This document shows positions 38,194-51,459 of a stretch of 64,000 nucleotides of DNA, piece after piece. The stretch is from Psammoneis japonica. Its lineage: Eukaryota. The DNA lies in assembly GCA_008632985.1 (NCBI GenBank), contig QPGO01000141.1, forward strand, positions 62,001-126,000, given 5' to 3'. A model generated the notes under the pieces. It ran no database searches and was not told where the DNA came from. It saw nothing but the letters and a program-made list of their open reading frames with translations. How positions within the stretch are numbered: position 1 is the stretch's first letter; every line of letters begins with the position of its first letter. The position numbers were made by a program, and so were the translations under genes.

Positions 38194-41100
38194 TCATTTG
38201 TGATCAAGCTGCCAGCAACTGACCAAGTCCGCATGCTGGTCAGCTTGATGAGCAGTTGGATGGACAACTGCAAAAATCGATCCTGTGTCTTCCTGTTCGA
38301 AGAAACACAGCAAACGGGAGGGAAACGGTTGATTGCCCTTTCGTGTGCCAAAGGTCACACAGGCAAAGTCACACCATGGTCCTTCACTTTTGCAATCGGG
38401 GTGCGCACGGCACGTGTCCCTCCCGTTTGCATTGCAAAACTCTGTCTCACAAGTCAGGTGTGTGTTTTCACTGTCTTCACCAACACAATCCTCCCACTTT
38501 TCCGACATGAAGTTTAGCAACACAGGATGAACTTGGCAACGAGTGTGCTCGCTGTTCCACTCAAACGTCACAGCGCCGATCCCTCGGTTGCAGGTGAGAG
38601 TGAGTGCACTTCCTCCCAGCGTGAGATGGTCCGTCCTGACTCTTGATGATTCCTTTTTCCCAGTTGGCAAAATCCAACTGTTGGCTGAAATTGCGGCGTT
38701 GAGCCTCATTTGGTCCTCCATGCGTGACATGACCTGCTTCAGAAAACTGTCGAGGTTGCGTTGTTGTGCGGCAGATGATGGCAGCTTGAAAAAGTCTTTC
38801 AAGAGACACTCCTCCAAGCCTGCGTCAAAGTTCATTGCATGTTGGTGACAACAAAGAAACACTGGGAGATGGAGTGTTTCACAAAGCTTTTGAAGCTTCC
38901 ACCCGCATCCTTCTGTTCGCGGGACGAATTGCACTGTCCGGTCAATGAGGAGACGGATTTTCTTGTTTGTTTTCTGAACAGATGAACCGGGAGTTACGCT
39001 TGTGATGGGTGGATTGCCTGGCCTGTGCCATGCGTGGAAGACAAGAAGGTCCTCGAGCAATTGAATGAATTGCTGGACGCTGCAGTTGAGTCTTTTTCCC
39101 TTGTGTTTTTTCTTTTTTTGGTTGTCGTCACCATCCTCAGCCTCACTCTCCTCTTTCTCATCCTCATTTTTGTCCCAGTCACCCTCTTCGGACTCCTCCG
39201 ACCTTTCATCATCAGAGTCAGCCAAGTGCTCACTAGGTTGGCAGTGACTCTCAAAGTTTGCTTTGGGTGTCTTGCAATTCTCTGGAACAATGGGTTTGTC
39301 TGCGTCCTTGTCAAGGAAGCATGACTCACATGCGTTTCGTCCCTTGCTGGTCAACAGGAGAAGGCAGAAAACAAAAGCCATTCCAGCCCAGTGGTGAGAG
39401 TTGAGGAAGGCAAGCGACGTTGCTCCTCCTTTGAAGTTTGTTCACAAAAAGCATGCTTTGCAAGTTGACCGGTGATTGCTGAAAATCCTTTCCACTGTGC
39501 TGTCCACCTCACTTGCGACCACAGGTGTCATGCTGTCTACAAATGAATTGATTGCCCTTTTCAAGGTGCCATTTTCAAAGAGATGCATCATGTCGCTTGC
39601 TGTCGCAAGGGCAATGCCGCATGGTTGTGCGCCAAAGTCTGCCTCAAAAAGACAGTTGGCAGGTGCGTTGTGTTGCTTGAGGCAACGCAAGATGCCCAAC
39701 CAGTGCTTCCTTTCTTGGTCTGATCTGTCATCGTCATTGGCCTTAGTTTGCACTTGGTGGAGATCCAGTCCTCGGATGAACTCGCATTCAATCCATGGGT
39801 TGTCCAGTTTGTTGAAGCCAGCAAGGCAAAAACGACAGCAACGTTGACGACAGTTGTGACCTCCGCATCGTCCGACGAGACAGTCGCCACTTTTTGCGTC
39901 TCCTGTGATGAGAACGATCAGCGGGATTGCGTGGAGGTGTCGCATCTCATCCCCTTGTCGCACGCATGTTTTCATGCCTCCTTTTCTCATGACTTCCAAA
40001 AGTGGCTCCAAAACAACACGCACGCAAGTGTGGCAGTCTCTTGATGAGTGTCCCTTATCCGCCTTGCGATTGTTTGAGAGATTCTTTGCCGCAGATGACG
40101 ACATCTTTTCCAAATCTGGGAGACAACCAATTGGTTTCCAGACACTGTTGTCTGACCATTTGTTGAAGGCAACATGTGCAGAGGTCATGATCACTTGTTC
40201 TCTGCAATGTGATCCCATCCCTTGTGTCCTGCCAGTCTTGTCGAGGTAAATGACGTTGCACTCAAGAAATTGTTTCTCCGGGTCAGTTGTCCATTCTTCG
40301 TAACTGCGCCTGCACCACTCACCCACCAAAAGGCACTTGTCATCCAGTCCCTTCGCTTTGTGCTTCCCAAAAGGATTGTCTGGATCAGCCGTGTTCTCTC
40401 TGCTGCACCACAGGTGAGGATCGAGCAAAAACTGTTCCCAAACCTTTGTGAAATCCCATCTTGGCACTGACACTCGTTTTGGCAAACCGGTTTTGAAATT
40501 TTTGGTTTCTAGAGTGACAGGAATGGACTCGCTGGGTGGAAGAGGGAAATGCTTGGTTAAGGTGCGCATCAACTCTTTTCTCCTTGGCAGAACTGCACCA
40601 AGCTCAATGTTGCTGTCACCAGTGTGCCTCTCAATGTGAAATCAACAATGCAATCGTGCAACTCCAGGGGAGCACCACATGTGTCCATGAGCTTCTTGCA
40701 CAACTCTGCGCAAGCTCCGTCAAGATTTGTCAAAGAGGGAGCAGAAGCCAAGGCCTCTTCTGCAGGATCGTCACACCTGATCCCCAAACGTTGATCCTCA
40801 TTGTCAATGTCCTCTTCCTCCTCCATTGTCACGTCCAACACTGCAGCAAAGGATTGACTGCCGCCAACATCCAAATCGTTCATTGCTGAAAGTTCAACTC
40901 CTTGCATGCTGTGGTTTGATGAAACAGAGGACATGTTGTCCATTCCATGCGGTGCGTCATCCAGGGAGGGGAACAAGGGGCTGCTGCTCCGATCACTTGT
41001 TGAAGATCTTGGGAATCTGCTGCGAGTTGATCGCCTCGGACAGGATTCATCATCATCAGAGGAAGAAGAGGAAGAACTGCCGCTTTCTTCGGGTGGCCCC

Positions 41101-41255
41101 TCTGTTGTGGCAGGAATGTCACTTTGATCTGGGATTGGATCTTGGGTTTGCAACTCTTGGGCAACTGAGCAACACGTCGGTGAGTGTCTCCAATGGCAGG
41201 CCATTCGCAAAAAACTTTGGCCACAACCGGGACAGAGAAGAGGGTTTCCGTCCAT
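38194..41255 (-). pseudogene. Plavaka transposase
   Basis: VIYLDKT, WKPIGCLPDL, DCHTCVRVVLEPL, IVLITGDAKSGD...CRFC, DMMHLFENG, WKLQKLCETLH...NFDAGLEE..LK, CRAHPDC...WCDFACV. Confidence 0.85.
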
Positions 41256-41706
41256 TGTAAATCAGACAATGTTGACAGGGCCTTCATCAAGACTCATGCT
41301 CGTCGTCCTTGTCTTGTGGATGAGAAGGGAAAAAAGAACAACATGCAAAAAATGGCGGGAAATTGGCAAACATCACACTGTCTTCCAGATTGGGATGATT
41401 CTTGTGGGTGTGACGCATCTGCATTTTGATTTTTTATCTGGCATCCACAACGAATGTTGTGCTTTTTATTTGCTGTCAAAATGCAGGACATTGTCTCCAT
41501 TGAAACGCAATGACAGCCATGTCAAAAAGCAAGTTGGGCCATTCGTTGTTACACACAAATGTGTTTTCAAATTTCAATGTTGCTGACAACAACCCATGCA
41601 ATGTCACAGAGAAAAACAGAGTGCCTGGCTGTCTCAACACGACCCAAACGATGGTTGCACTGTCAAACAGCACCACTCCTCTCATTGTTGCAGTGAAAAG
41701 ATCAAG

Positions 41707-43005
41707 ATGTCATCTCCAGCACAACCGGCAAAGAAGAGAAAGAAAAATGAGACCATTGAGCCAATGAGCCCAAGACTTCAGGCAGTGTTGAAGAGAACAG
41801 GTGCGCAGGCAGCGCATGGTGCATTGGAATCAGAAGTGGAGAAGGTGGCTGGAAATGATCGCTTTCCACAGGTGAAGTTTCTCAGTCCGTCAGAATTGGC
41901 AAGCAATGGGAGCGTCTCAAAGTTTGTCAAGAAACAGATTGCTGGTGGCAACATGGACACTTCAAATTGGTCAGGAACTTGGGAGGAATGGGCAAAAAAG
42001 GTGGCAAAAAGGCAAGTTGACAATTGCAGAAACACGGTGTTTTTGGCTGTTGGGGTGGAGGCAATGGCCCGCAAGTTGAGTGACCAATGTGTGTGATTCG
42101 AGAGTTGCGTGTGTCTCACAAGAAGATGACGGTGATGCTTCATCTGTGTGGGCGTTGTCACTGAGGAAGAGGGAAAGGAAAAAGAAAAGAAACTCAAGGT
42201 GGCAGACAGGAGGAAAAAGGGGAAAAAGTCAAGCCGCGACAAGAATGAAGAGAATGATGTCCCGTTTGTGCCGACATGGGATCCGTTCAGCCTGGACACT
42301 GTCGCCGGTGGCAAACGAAGGAACAAGCAGGCATGCAAGTGGTTCTGTGATCACATCCTGCCTCAAACCAAGCAAAAGCAGGCATGGAGCAGCGCCATCA
42401 AAACTGGGAACACACAGGTCTCACAGTTGTTTGCGGTCGGTGACGAAGCTTTGGCGCCATTGGCTGTGGAGAATCATTGGCAGGTGTGGGCATGCAGGAA
42501 CAAGGAGGAGGTGGTGGAAGAATTGGGTGATGAAATGGAGCCCGAAGAAACAAGGCCTGCCCCTCAGCACACAAAGCCAAAGAAACAATGAGTGTCTTGG
42601 GGAGACGACGGAATCAATCGGTTCAACGATTCACACAAAGAGGTGACGAAAGACAGAGACTCCAAGGAGGGCAAGGAGTTTGAAAAGTGGCACGCAGAGA
42701 TCAAGAAAAGCGAGTGAGAGATGTCCGGAGAAGCAAAAAAGAAGAAAAAGAAAGCACCAGCCGGTGACACGGATGAGGTGAAGGCAATGAACAGCCCAAT
42801 GGTGGAGAGCAGCAGGGACGACAACAGCAACGACGATGAGCAGGAGGAAGGCGCAAAAGGCAAAACGGACGACGGAGGAGATGAGTCCGATGGAGACGAG
42901 TCCGATGATGATCGTCAGCTTAGTTTGAGAGAGTTGTGGCAAGAAAATGTGCACACAGCCAACATGGCACTCGGCCACTGCACTGCAGACGCAACAAGGG
43001 ATTGA
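41707..43005 (+). pseudogene. Divergent accessory gene of the Plavaka element (possibly spliced)
   Basis: FPQVKFL...RNTV and WFCDHILP...GDEALAPLAVENHW segments followed by a K/D/E-rich tail. Confidence 0.5.
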
Positions 43006-43909
43006 CTTGACCGATGAAATGCTTTTCTCATTCAAAACAATGTTTGCAAAAATTGGCAAACCAAGGATTGTGTGGAAATGCAACCACGCATTGGCATGTG
43101 GCAACAAGGTGGAGGCAGATGTGGTGATGTGGACACAGTGAAAAACAGCATGCATGATTCTCATCAAGTCATTGCAACATTGGCACAGCAAACTTGCAAC
43201 CAGAGGTCAGCCTTTCATCACATGACAATGATGTTTTGCAGCATTTTGACAAATTGTCATCATGCAAATCTGCACATTTTTAACATTTCGTGCACTCTGA
43301 TGTCCAAGCAGCCAGGTGATTGCACCGTGGCAATTTCATCCTGAACATCAATGCATGGGTGAGTCAAACAAGCACTGGTGCCTGAACCTGCACAGCGGCA
43401 ATGCAACATTCCGGGATTGGGAAAAAAAGTGGGTTGGCTTCCCCCATCCAAACTGTGTGTGAACTTCCAGTGTTGCATCAGAATTGCCGCAGTGATTTGG
43501 GCTGCTTCTGACTGCACAGAGATGCACCAAGAGGAAACTGAAAACAAGAAGTTCTCTTGTTGGCAATTCTCCCACACAACATGACCTTTTCATCATTTTG
43601 AATGACATGGTCAACACACCAAGAATGACGGCTTCAAGAGCAAAGAAGTGGGTGACTCCAGATGCAGCTCCATCTTTCACAACAAGTGTGCCAGCAGCAA
43701 AAAAGCACACTGCAATCATGACAGCTCAAGCCCAAAGCTGTGATGAAGAACTGGAGGAGACAAAGTTGGAGGCAGAGCATTTGAATGAAAATGGCAGAGC
43801 ATCTGAAAAAAAGCTTGCTGGCAAGGACAGTGAGGCAGAAGAGCTCTGACTCAGAGCAGATGAGCAAGGGAGCAGAACAGAGATGTTGAAAACTTTGGTT
43901 TCTGAGCTG

Positions 43910-44978
43910 GGCGATCCAGGAAACTTCGAAGTTTCGAAAAACATTCAAGAGATTCCCAATTCCTGTCAACACATCTCTGCGTGGACCTCGTGCAGGATGG
44001 ACAAAAGCTTCGAACATTGTGAAATTTCTTTCTCTGTTGCCCTTTGTGCTTCGAACACTTCGAACAACTTCGAAGCACTTCGAACACTTTTGAAGTTTAT
44101 AATTCGTAAATAAAAGCAAGGCAGGGAGACGAATGATGATGTCACGATGACATCCGCAGCCGAATGATGCACGCACTGCTGGCAGCACAACACGCGCGAT
44201 GCGGTGCCGGTGTGACATCTCACGTTGTTGTTTTGTGCTCTCTTCTGCTCGAGTCTCAAGCATCTACCGGCATCAATGAGATGATGAGATGCGGTACGTA
44301 CAATCGAAGCGACAAGCACAGGCAGCTACGAGATGATGCACTGCAAGCTTGTCACGCGCGCTTGTGGCTCAGAGCAGGCCCACGCAGGTTTTCTGCGCCA
44401 AAGCACGACAAAACAACACGTGAATCCTTTGCCGTCGTTCATTTGTCAACCACGAAGAATTGCCAATCCAATGAGACATATATGATCCGCAAGCACCTCA
44501 TTGACGTGGCTGTACCCAAATGGCTTGGTGACTGTTCCGGGTGGGCCCGAACTCGTTCGACGGAACGTGTCATCGTGGTGGTGTCGCGTGCCAAAAATCG
44601 GTGGTTGTCAATTCGTAATGACACATAAATGACTAAATAAATAATTAAAATTCAACTTGTTCGAACACTTCGAACTTGTTCGAATAAGTTCGAACTTTGT
44701 TCGAATAAGTTCGAAGTGACCAAAAGGGCAATGTGAAAAGTTCGAAGAACAAGTGACTCATGTCAAAATCTTTGGAGGGCAATGTGTTTGCGACAAAACT
44801 TCGAACACTTTGAACAATATTCGAAAGCTTCGAACACACAACATATTTGTTCGAACTTTTATCTATTGCCCCTTGTTTATAAAGCACCAACAACCTACGA
44901 GCTCTGCACGTAGAATAATTTGCAGAAATGTCATGGAATGTGGAATCTTTCGAAGTCTTCGAAGTTTCCTGGATCGCC
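43910..44978. mobile_element. Non-autonomous PIF/Harbinger-like MITE, ~1.07 kb
   Basis: Perfect 22-bp TIR GGCGATCCAGGAAACTTCGAAG, CTG duplicated on both sides, subterminal TTCGAA arrays, no convincing ORF. Confidence 0.8.
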
Positions 44979-45418
44979 CTGGAGTCTGAGCTGGAATGTG
45001 CCCACATGGCAAGCTGGTGTAGAGCTGTCTCAGCAAGCTCCTCTGTCACACAAGGACCTTACACCCAGTGGTCACCCGCCAGACACAAACAGCGTGCATG
45101 CTTTGTTCCCTGATTTTGAAGCCAATGAGTGCTTCCTTGCCACACTGAACTGGAAAGAAGGTGGCAATCCAGGTCTTGTGGAAGGACTCCAGTGGTGCAG
45201 CAAGGTTGGTCTGGGAGAATGCAAGCCACCTGCTGTGCTGTCTGCTGAGCCAAAACAGCGGGCTGTTGATTGGAAAACAGAGCACTTCATTTTCGGTCTG
45301 TGCTGCCACATTGGAGATCAACACAATGCAGGAATCAATTGTTGTCCCACTTGTTGGGATCAAAGCCACTTCCATCATTTCAGACATCATTCAGCAGTGG
45401 GCCATTTTTCTTGGCTGG

Positions 45419-47050
45419 TCATTGATGCTGTGGTTTCTGACTCCAAGCTGGAGCAATGTGTTGAGAGCACACCTTGCCAGATTTGTTTGGGCCTTTCCTT
45501 GGTGGCAGCCACAAATTAAAAGAGTGGTTGTCCAGCGAACCCATGCTGCACACTGACTTCTTTGAAATGCCACAGGGCTCCAAAGCTGACATGCCACCTT
45601 TGTCCAAATGTTTCCATGAGAAGTTGCACAGTCTGTCCTTTTCCATCAGCAAACCAGGCAACAGCAACTTCTCAAATGCCATTCCCAGGCCACTGCTTTC
45701 CTGCTTTGTCAAATTTTCTTGGAGGAAGTGATCCAGGTCAAAAAAATTTGTCCCCATTTGAATGACAACAGGTTCGTCAATGTGCCCTTTCATCATGACC
45801 CCCTGTTTTTCAGTTTCGCACATGGCGGCCAAGCCACTTTTGATCAACAAATTTGCACCAGCGTCGGTGAATGGGTTTGGGTTCTGGCCAATGGCAAAAT
45901 GGCACACCATGCGCAGCAGGTCTTCTTGCACCTTCCCAAGGAACCTTTGCTGATCCTCTCCTTTTGCATCGGCAATTTTCCTGCACACTTTTTCAAAGCA
46001 AGCGTGCGCTGAAAATCCGCTGGCACTCCGCGTTTCTTGTCAGTTCATGCTCAATTCCTTCTTGCGCATCATGGCATTCAAGCAATGATCCAAGGCTTCC
46101 ATCAGTTTTGCAGAGTTTCCCTTGAAGTCAACTTGAGTTCTCCAAACCTGATTCACGCTGAGTTTCTCCTTTCGGCTGGGACAGACTTCCAAAAAGCCAG
46201 CAGCCCATCTGGGCCGCCCACAAAGCCAGTTTGCCACATGTTTTGCTGCATCTTCGCGTGCATTGGACAGATCAAGAATTCGGCCCAGGTGCCGTTCAAC
46301 ATGTTTGACACCCAGCAACTTGAAATCAGCAAACAAAACATCAGGTTTGTTGCCCAATGCTTTTCCCATGACAGACAGCATTTGTTCGGAAAATTGGTCA
46401 AAAGACAAACATGCACCACAGAATGCTGGACAGTGCAGAAAATCCCATTTCTTTGCCAGATCCCCAAATCCCCTCACAACTGCAGAGAAAGCAGACCAAC
46501 TCTGTTTGCCATTCTTGCTCAGAAAATGCGTTGCACTCAGATTCAAGTGTGCTTGTGCTTTGTTGACAAAGACGGACCACGTTGCGTTTGTTTCAGCCCA
46601 ACACTCAAAGCGAATCATTCCCTTGATGGAAGCCACATCACAAGCCACCAAGGTGGCAGAAAACACATCCTTGCCAAGGAAAAGTTCCGGAAACATCTGA
46701 TGGAACAACCACTCACATGGATTCATTTCCCTCTTCAAGCACTCTTTGAAGAGCGCTTCAAGCTTCTTGTGGACAATGCACCTGACAAAGAGGATCATTG
46801 AAACCCGGTTGTGGATTCTGACCCTGTTCTGCTCACTGATTCAAGTGTCGTTGCCTGTCATTTGCAGGCTGCAATCCAGAGAATTCACGAGATTGTTTGA
46901 ACCTGGATTCCTCATGAAGCTGTCCACCAAAAAGCAGAATCTTTTGTTTTTGCTGAGATGCTCAAAGACAGTTTGCATCTTTCCTGCACCCAAGGTTCCA
47001 CAAAGAAAAGATGGTGCATGTTTTTGTGCTGTGCAAATGTGGCTCATGGC
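45419..47050 (-). pseudogene. Crinkler-like P-loop NTPase (+REase) relic
   Basis: LCGTLGAGK (Walker A), FVNKAQ (cf. DEAQ), LCGRPRWAAGFLE, IDEPVV and GMAFEKLL appear in the order typical of CRN-type NTPases. Confidence 0.5.
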
Positions 47051-48037
47051 AAGGGGTTGAGACAACTCAGCTTTCTCATTGTCCAGACCATTTGGAAGGA
47101 GGTTCGGGCATGGCTTGGACACAAAGCCATCCTGCTGTGAAAGAGATTGATGCGCAGGGACAGCAAGAACCCAGGCTTCCACAGCAAACCCAACAAGCTC
47201 TCCTTTGCAGGCTGAAACTCATGCAGTGTTGGTGGCACAGCAATGACACCTTCACGCTGCTGGAAGTGGGTTTCCAAAGACTTTTTCACCATTTCAAGAA
47301 CCAGCCGCACAGTGTCCATCTTTCCAGGTTGTTTTGTGTCCAACCCGCTTGTTGTTGTTGTTGTTGTTGCTGGTTGCTGCAGCAACATGCCAAACACTCC
47401 CATGTTTGCATGAGTGGCAATCTGTCTGCACATGTGCGGTGATTTCCATGCATGTTTTGTGCTTTCATCCGTCCACCACCTGCAGCCGGGTTTGGGATGG
47501 AGTTGGTGTGGACGGACAAAAGTGTGCAAAATGTGCGTGGAAATCACAGCACAGGACAACACCGCAATTGCACATGAAACGTGCCATGACAGACACCATG
47601 GAATTCATTTTATTCCAACAAGCACACAACTAAAATGACAAGAAAGTGGATGAGTTGCACAGCCAATGCAGTCGCACGAGCAAGGGGCAGTTGTCGTGCA
47701 CAATTTTTGCAGGCTGTGCACACAAAATTCAAGTTGATTCTGGTGCAGTGTTCAGCATGATGGCAGGTTTTTGTTGTCTTCCAGGCATGATGTCAATGGT
47801 CTCTGTGGACAGCAGGGAGTTGCCTCAAATCTGTTGAAAGGCGAAGCTTTCCCGTCGCGCTTGTGCGTGCAGATGCGGTGCATCTGATTCCAACTGACAA
47901 CTCTGGCAAAATGGACATTTTTGTACGCTGCAACACATGTCCATTGAAGACGTTGCAACTGCCCTTTCCTCACATGAAAATGTTCAGCAACAAATGTTGC
48001 ATCTTCAGTTTACGGTCACAACTCAACGGACAACCGA

Positions 48038-48198
48038 CTTTCAACAAAAAGTTGTTGAAAGTTAGATCTTTCAACAAAAAAGTTGTTGAAAGTTAGATCT
48101 TTCAACAAAAATCTGTTGAAAGTTACATCTTTCAACAAAAATCTGTTGAAAGTCACATCTTTCAACAAAATTCTGTTGAAAGTTGTGCTTTCAACAAA
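48038..48198. repeat. Palindromic ~30-bp tandem array 1
   Basis: About 5 x CTTTCAACAAAAAGTTGTTGAAAGT + ~5-6 nt. Confidence 0.9.
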
Positions 48199-49240
48199 CA
48201 CCACATCGACGCGTGTGGAGACATTGTTTTTGGGGTTGCACTGCAGTCGGGCAACACAAAAGTCAAAGATTGTGACAAGAACAGCATGAGCGATGCATGC
48301 CTTGCCAAAGCCTGAAAGAGTGGCATGACGTTGGCTTGGCAGTTCAGTGCTGGTTCAGCGGTTTTTATCAGAAGCAGTTTGACAATTTATGGTGGCAGTT
48401 TCAAAGTTTGTGGCGGCATTTTCAGAGTGTAAAGTGTGGTGGTTTCAGAATTTTTGGCTTCAGTGGTTTCAGAATTGCTGATTTCTTGAAATCTGCTGGC
48501 AGTGGAGCACCTTCGATGGCTCCAAGTGAGCTGCCATCTGGTGTGCTTCATGCCAAGCAAAGCTCCCACCTGGCAGTGATCTGCCTCTGATCTCACCCAG
48601 TGTGTGGTCAGGCACCATCTGCAGCTCTGAGCGAGAATCATCCCAGTGCCAAACCATCGGCTGCTCCATTCTCTGAGCCCAGCAATCCCATCTGCCATTC
48701 TGAGTTGGGTCCCAGCATGCTGCATCTCAGGTGGTTTCATCCTCGGACAAAAGCACCAAGTCAAGAGCAACTCTGTCAGTCACACCAAGGTGTGGACATG
48801 GCTCAATGCACTGTCTCATTAAAATCAACAAAGGACTTAGAAGTGAGAACATTGGTGACAGCACCGCTGAGATTTGAACGGCACCAACCTGCATGCTTCG
48901 TGTGCACCATTTTAAAAAATTAAAACTGCTTCAAGGTTTCAAACGAAACAGAAATCCACAACTCTCAATGACACACAATGGGACCAACCCAGAAGGATGC
49001 ATTGTGCAATTGCTCCCAATGATGAAAAAAGAAACGAGGAAAATGGTGCAAACATCGTTGATGCATCACACCGCAAAGTGGACGCCGTCTGCTTGCTTCA
49101 TTGTGCTTGCTCAGTTTGCTGAGTGAAGTGCTGCAGCAAACACTGTGTTCAATGATGGATGTCGGTCATGCATGCGCTTGCTTGTCTTAGATGACATCAC
49201 TTTTTCAATCAGATTTTCGTGCCGACAAGTTTTCTGTTGA

Positions 49241-49403
49241 AGTTGTTGAAAGTTGCGTCTTTCAACAAAAAGTTGTTGAAAGTCATGTCTTTCAACGAAA
49301 AGTTGTTGAAAGTCATGCCTTTCAACGAAAAGTTGTTGAAAGTCATGCCTTTCAACAAAAAGTTGTTGAAAGTCACGACTTTCAACAAAAAGTTGTTGAA
49401 AGT
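49241..49403. repeat. Palindromic ~30-bp tandem array 2
   Basis: About 5 copies of the same unit, same orientation as array 1. Confidence 0.9.
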
Positions 49404-51284
49404 TATTTGGCGACAAACACTGCAATGACTTTCTTGTCATCAAAAGCCACAAAGCTGTGCAAATGAGCTCATTCATTTGCAGAGTGCAGTTGTTCATTGC
49501 TTGTGTGTGTGATGGGCAACAGGCTGAATTTTGCACAGTCTAATTTGCCAACAGCGTCGCAATGTGGACATTGCAAAATTTCACAAAGTTGTTCAAGAAT
49601 GTGTCACTTCAATTTGAGCCACAGTTTCAACAACTTTGAGGCGACTCCCAGGTTGGCACACTGTCCGGATTTGTGGGGGGGGCGATTGAATCAGGGTCCT
49701 TCAGTGTCTGCAAAGGGACAGACCTGCACCATCTTCCCACTGGGATTGCCTGGAGCTGATCTGAGAGGAGGGAATGTGGGATCCCCTGAGGCAACGGTGG
49801 GCCGCCCGAGCTGCGGTGACACTCATTCTTGCATTGACACAGCTGCACACTTCAGAACATGGCTTTTGCCACTTGAGCTCTCCTTGACCGACAAACATGA
49901 CAATGCCAAACAAAGAACAAGAAGAAGAGAAATGGGGGCACAGCAAAGTTGTTGGTCAATGTTGTCAACATGCGAGTGTGTGCAGTCAATTGCAACATCT
50001 GTCCTGGCTTGTTTTGTGTGCAATCATTGTGACTTCCAGACAGACTGCCACTGCAATTCTTGCTGCAAGTGGCGACACCCAGAATGACACATTCTTTCTG
50101 CCACTGGGCTCCGCCATGCACAGCACCATGCAGGAGAAAAGCCCGCCGCAGGCAAAGAAATCAAGCCATTTCACTGCTTTTGGCTGGAAAAGAGCTCAAA
50201 TTCTGACTGCAGTTGATTGCAGCAATTGACTGTGATTGCAACCTTGGCTCTTTCCCAACAACCAGGCAACTGCAATTGAGTTTGCAGCAGTGATTGCAAT
50301 CAAAGTGAGGCTGGTTGCAATTGACCCCAGCAATTGGTTGACACTGCTTCAACCACCATGGGGCAAATCTCCACAGATGGAGATTTGCTCCACTTGTTGA
50401 GTTGTGACATGTCATGCATTCATGTGACAGTGCCACATGCACAGCACAAAAATGTCACATCATGTGCAATCTGTGCAAAACACACCACACACATTTGCTT
50501 GTTGCAAGCAAATCTCCACCGGCGGAGATTTGCTCCAAGGGTGTGGTGTCCAGTGCTCTGTTGTGACAGCAACTCACGATGCATTCCAGACACAGGTGGG
50601 AATCTGTGTGACATTGGGCCCATTGAGTTCTGTGTGCAAGCTCCACAGCAAAATCATCAAGTGATGAATGCACCAATGATTGCCAACAGAAAATGAGAGG
50701 CAATTTTGCAAATGCACAAACACGTCCATGATTGAAGCATGTCATTTCTCTCTTGACCAGGTGTGCTCTTCAGACATTGAAGAATGTTGTGTTCCCACAA
50801 TTTTGTCAAAATAGAAAGTCTGGGGTTTTGCAAAACAGCGAGTCTGGAACAGTTTTTTGGAAGATCACATGCAGAAATGTGTGCACGAAACATGCGATCA
50901 TGGATGACAAAAAACAATTGTGTCACACATCAGTGCTGCAAGCTCCCAAGTGAGCCTAGAATGCATCTCATCATCAGCTTCAATGTTGGAGGTTGAGATT
51001 CAGTTCCTCTCTGTTCACAGATGAAGCATGCAAAAAACCTGGTGTTAAAAGTCAACATTGAGCTCTCTAAATTGCAAGAATGGTCCCCCAGAGTTTTTGG
51101 CAAATGCGTGCTCCAAAACAAAATTGTGCCATTTCTTTGCCACTCACATCTGAAAATGTTTTGCTCAACACACTTGAGATGCAAGCAAGCAAACCTCCAC
51201 CCATGGAGATTTGCTCAAGTCTGGTGATTGAACGGTCAAGCAAGCATGGCACAATCTGCCAAGAGAATGTTCATTTGCATGCTG

Positions 51285-51459
51285 TGCAAACTTTACAGCA
51301 TTTTCACAACCAAAGCAAAAAACGGACATGTCACTCATCCCAGTCATCTGTCTGTCCTTTTTCAGCACCAATGCAAACTTTGCAGCATTTTCACAACCAA
51401 AGCAAAAAATGGACATGTCGCTCATCCCAGTCATCTGTCTGTCCTTTTTCAGCACCAAT
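51285..51459. repeat. ~87-bp tandem duplication
   Basis: TGCAAACTTTRCAGCATTTTCACAACC...TTTTTCAGCACCAAT occurs twice. Confidence 0.9.

Larger units (their letters stand above)
36044..43302 (-). mobile_element. Plavaka (CACTA/EnSpm-related) DNA transposon, ~7.26 kb, 15-bp TIRs, 2-bp TSD
   Basis: CATCAGAGTGCACGA (36044-36058) and TCGTGCACTCTGATG (43288-43302), each flanked by TC; transposase inside; interrupts a pre-existing tandem repeat (35873-36006 / 43309-43437). Confidence 0.82.

Noticed and set aside
12922..41255. Alternative genetic code (Tyr reassigned) explaining Cys/His at Tyr positions
   Set aside because: Host genes in the same window use TAY normally, and TA loss also affects non-coding repeats and all codon positions
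48038..49403. CRISPR-like palindromic repeats
   Set aside because: Linkers are only ~5-6 nt and related to each other, there are no cas genes, and the context is eukaryotic
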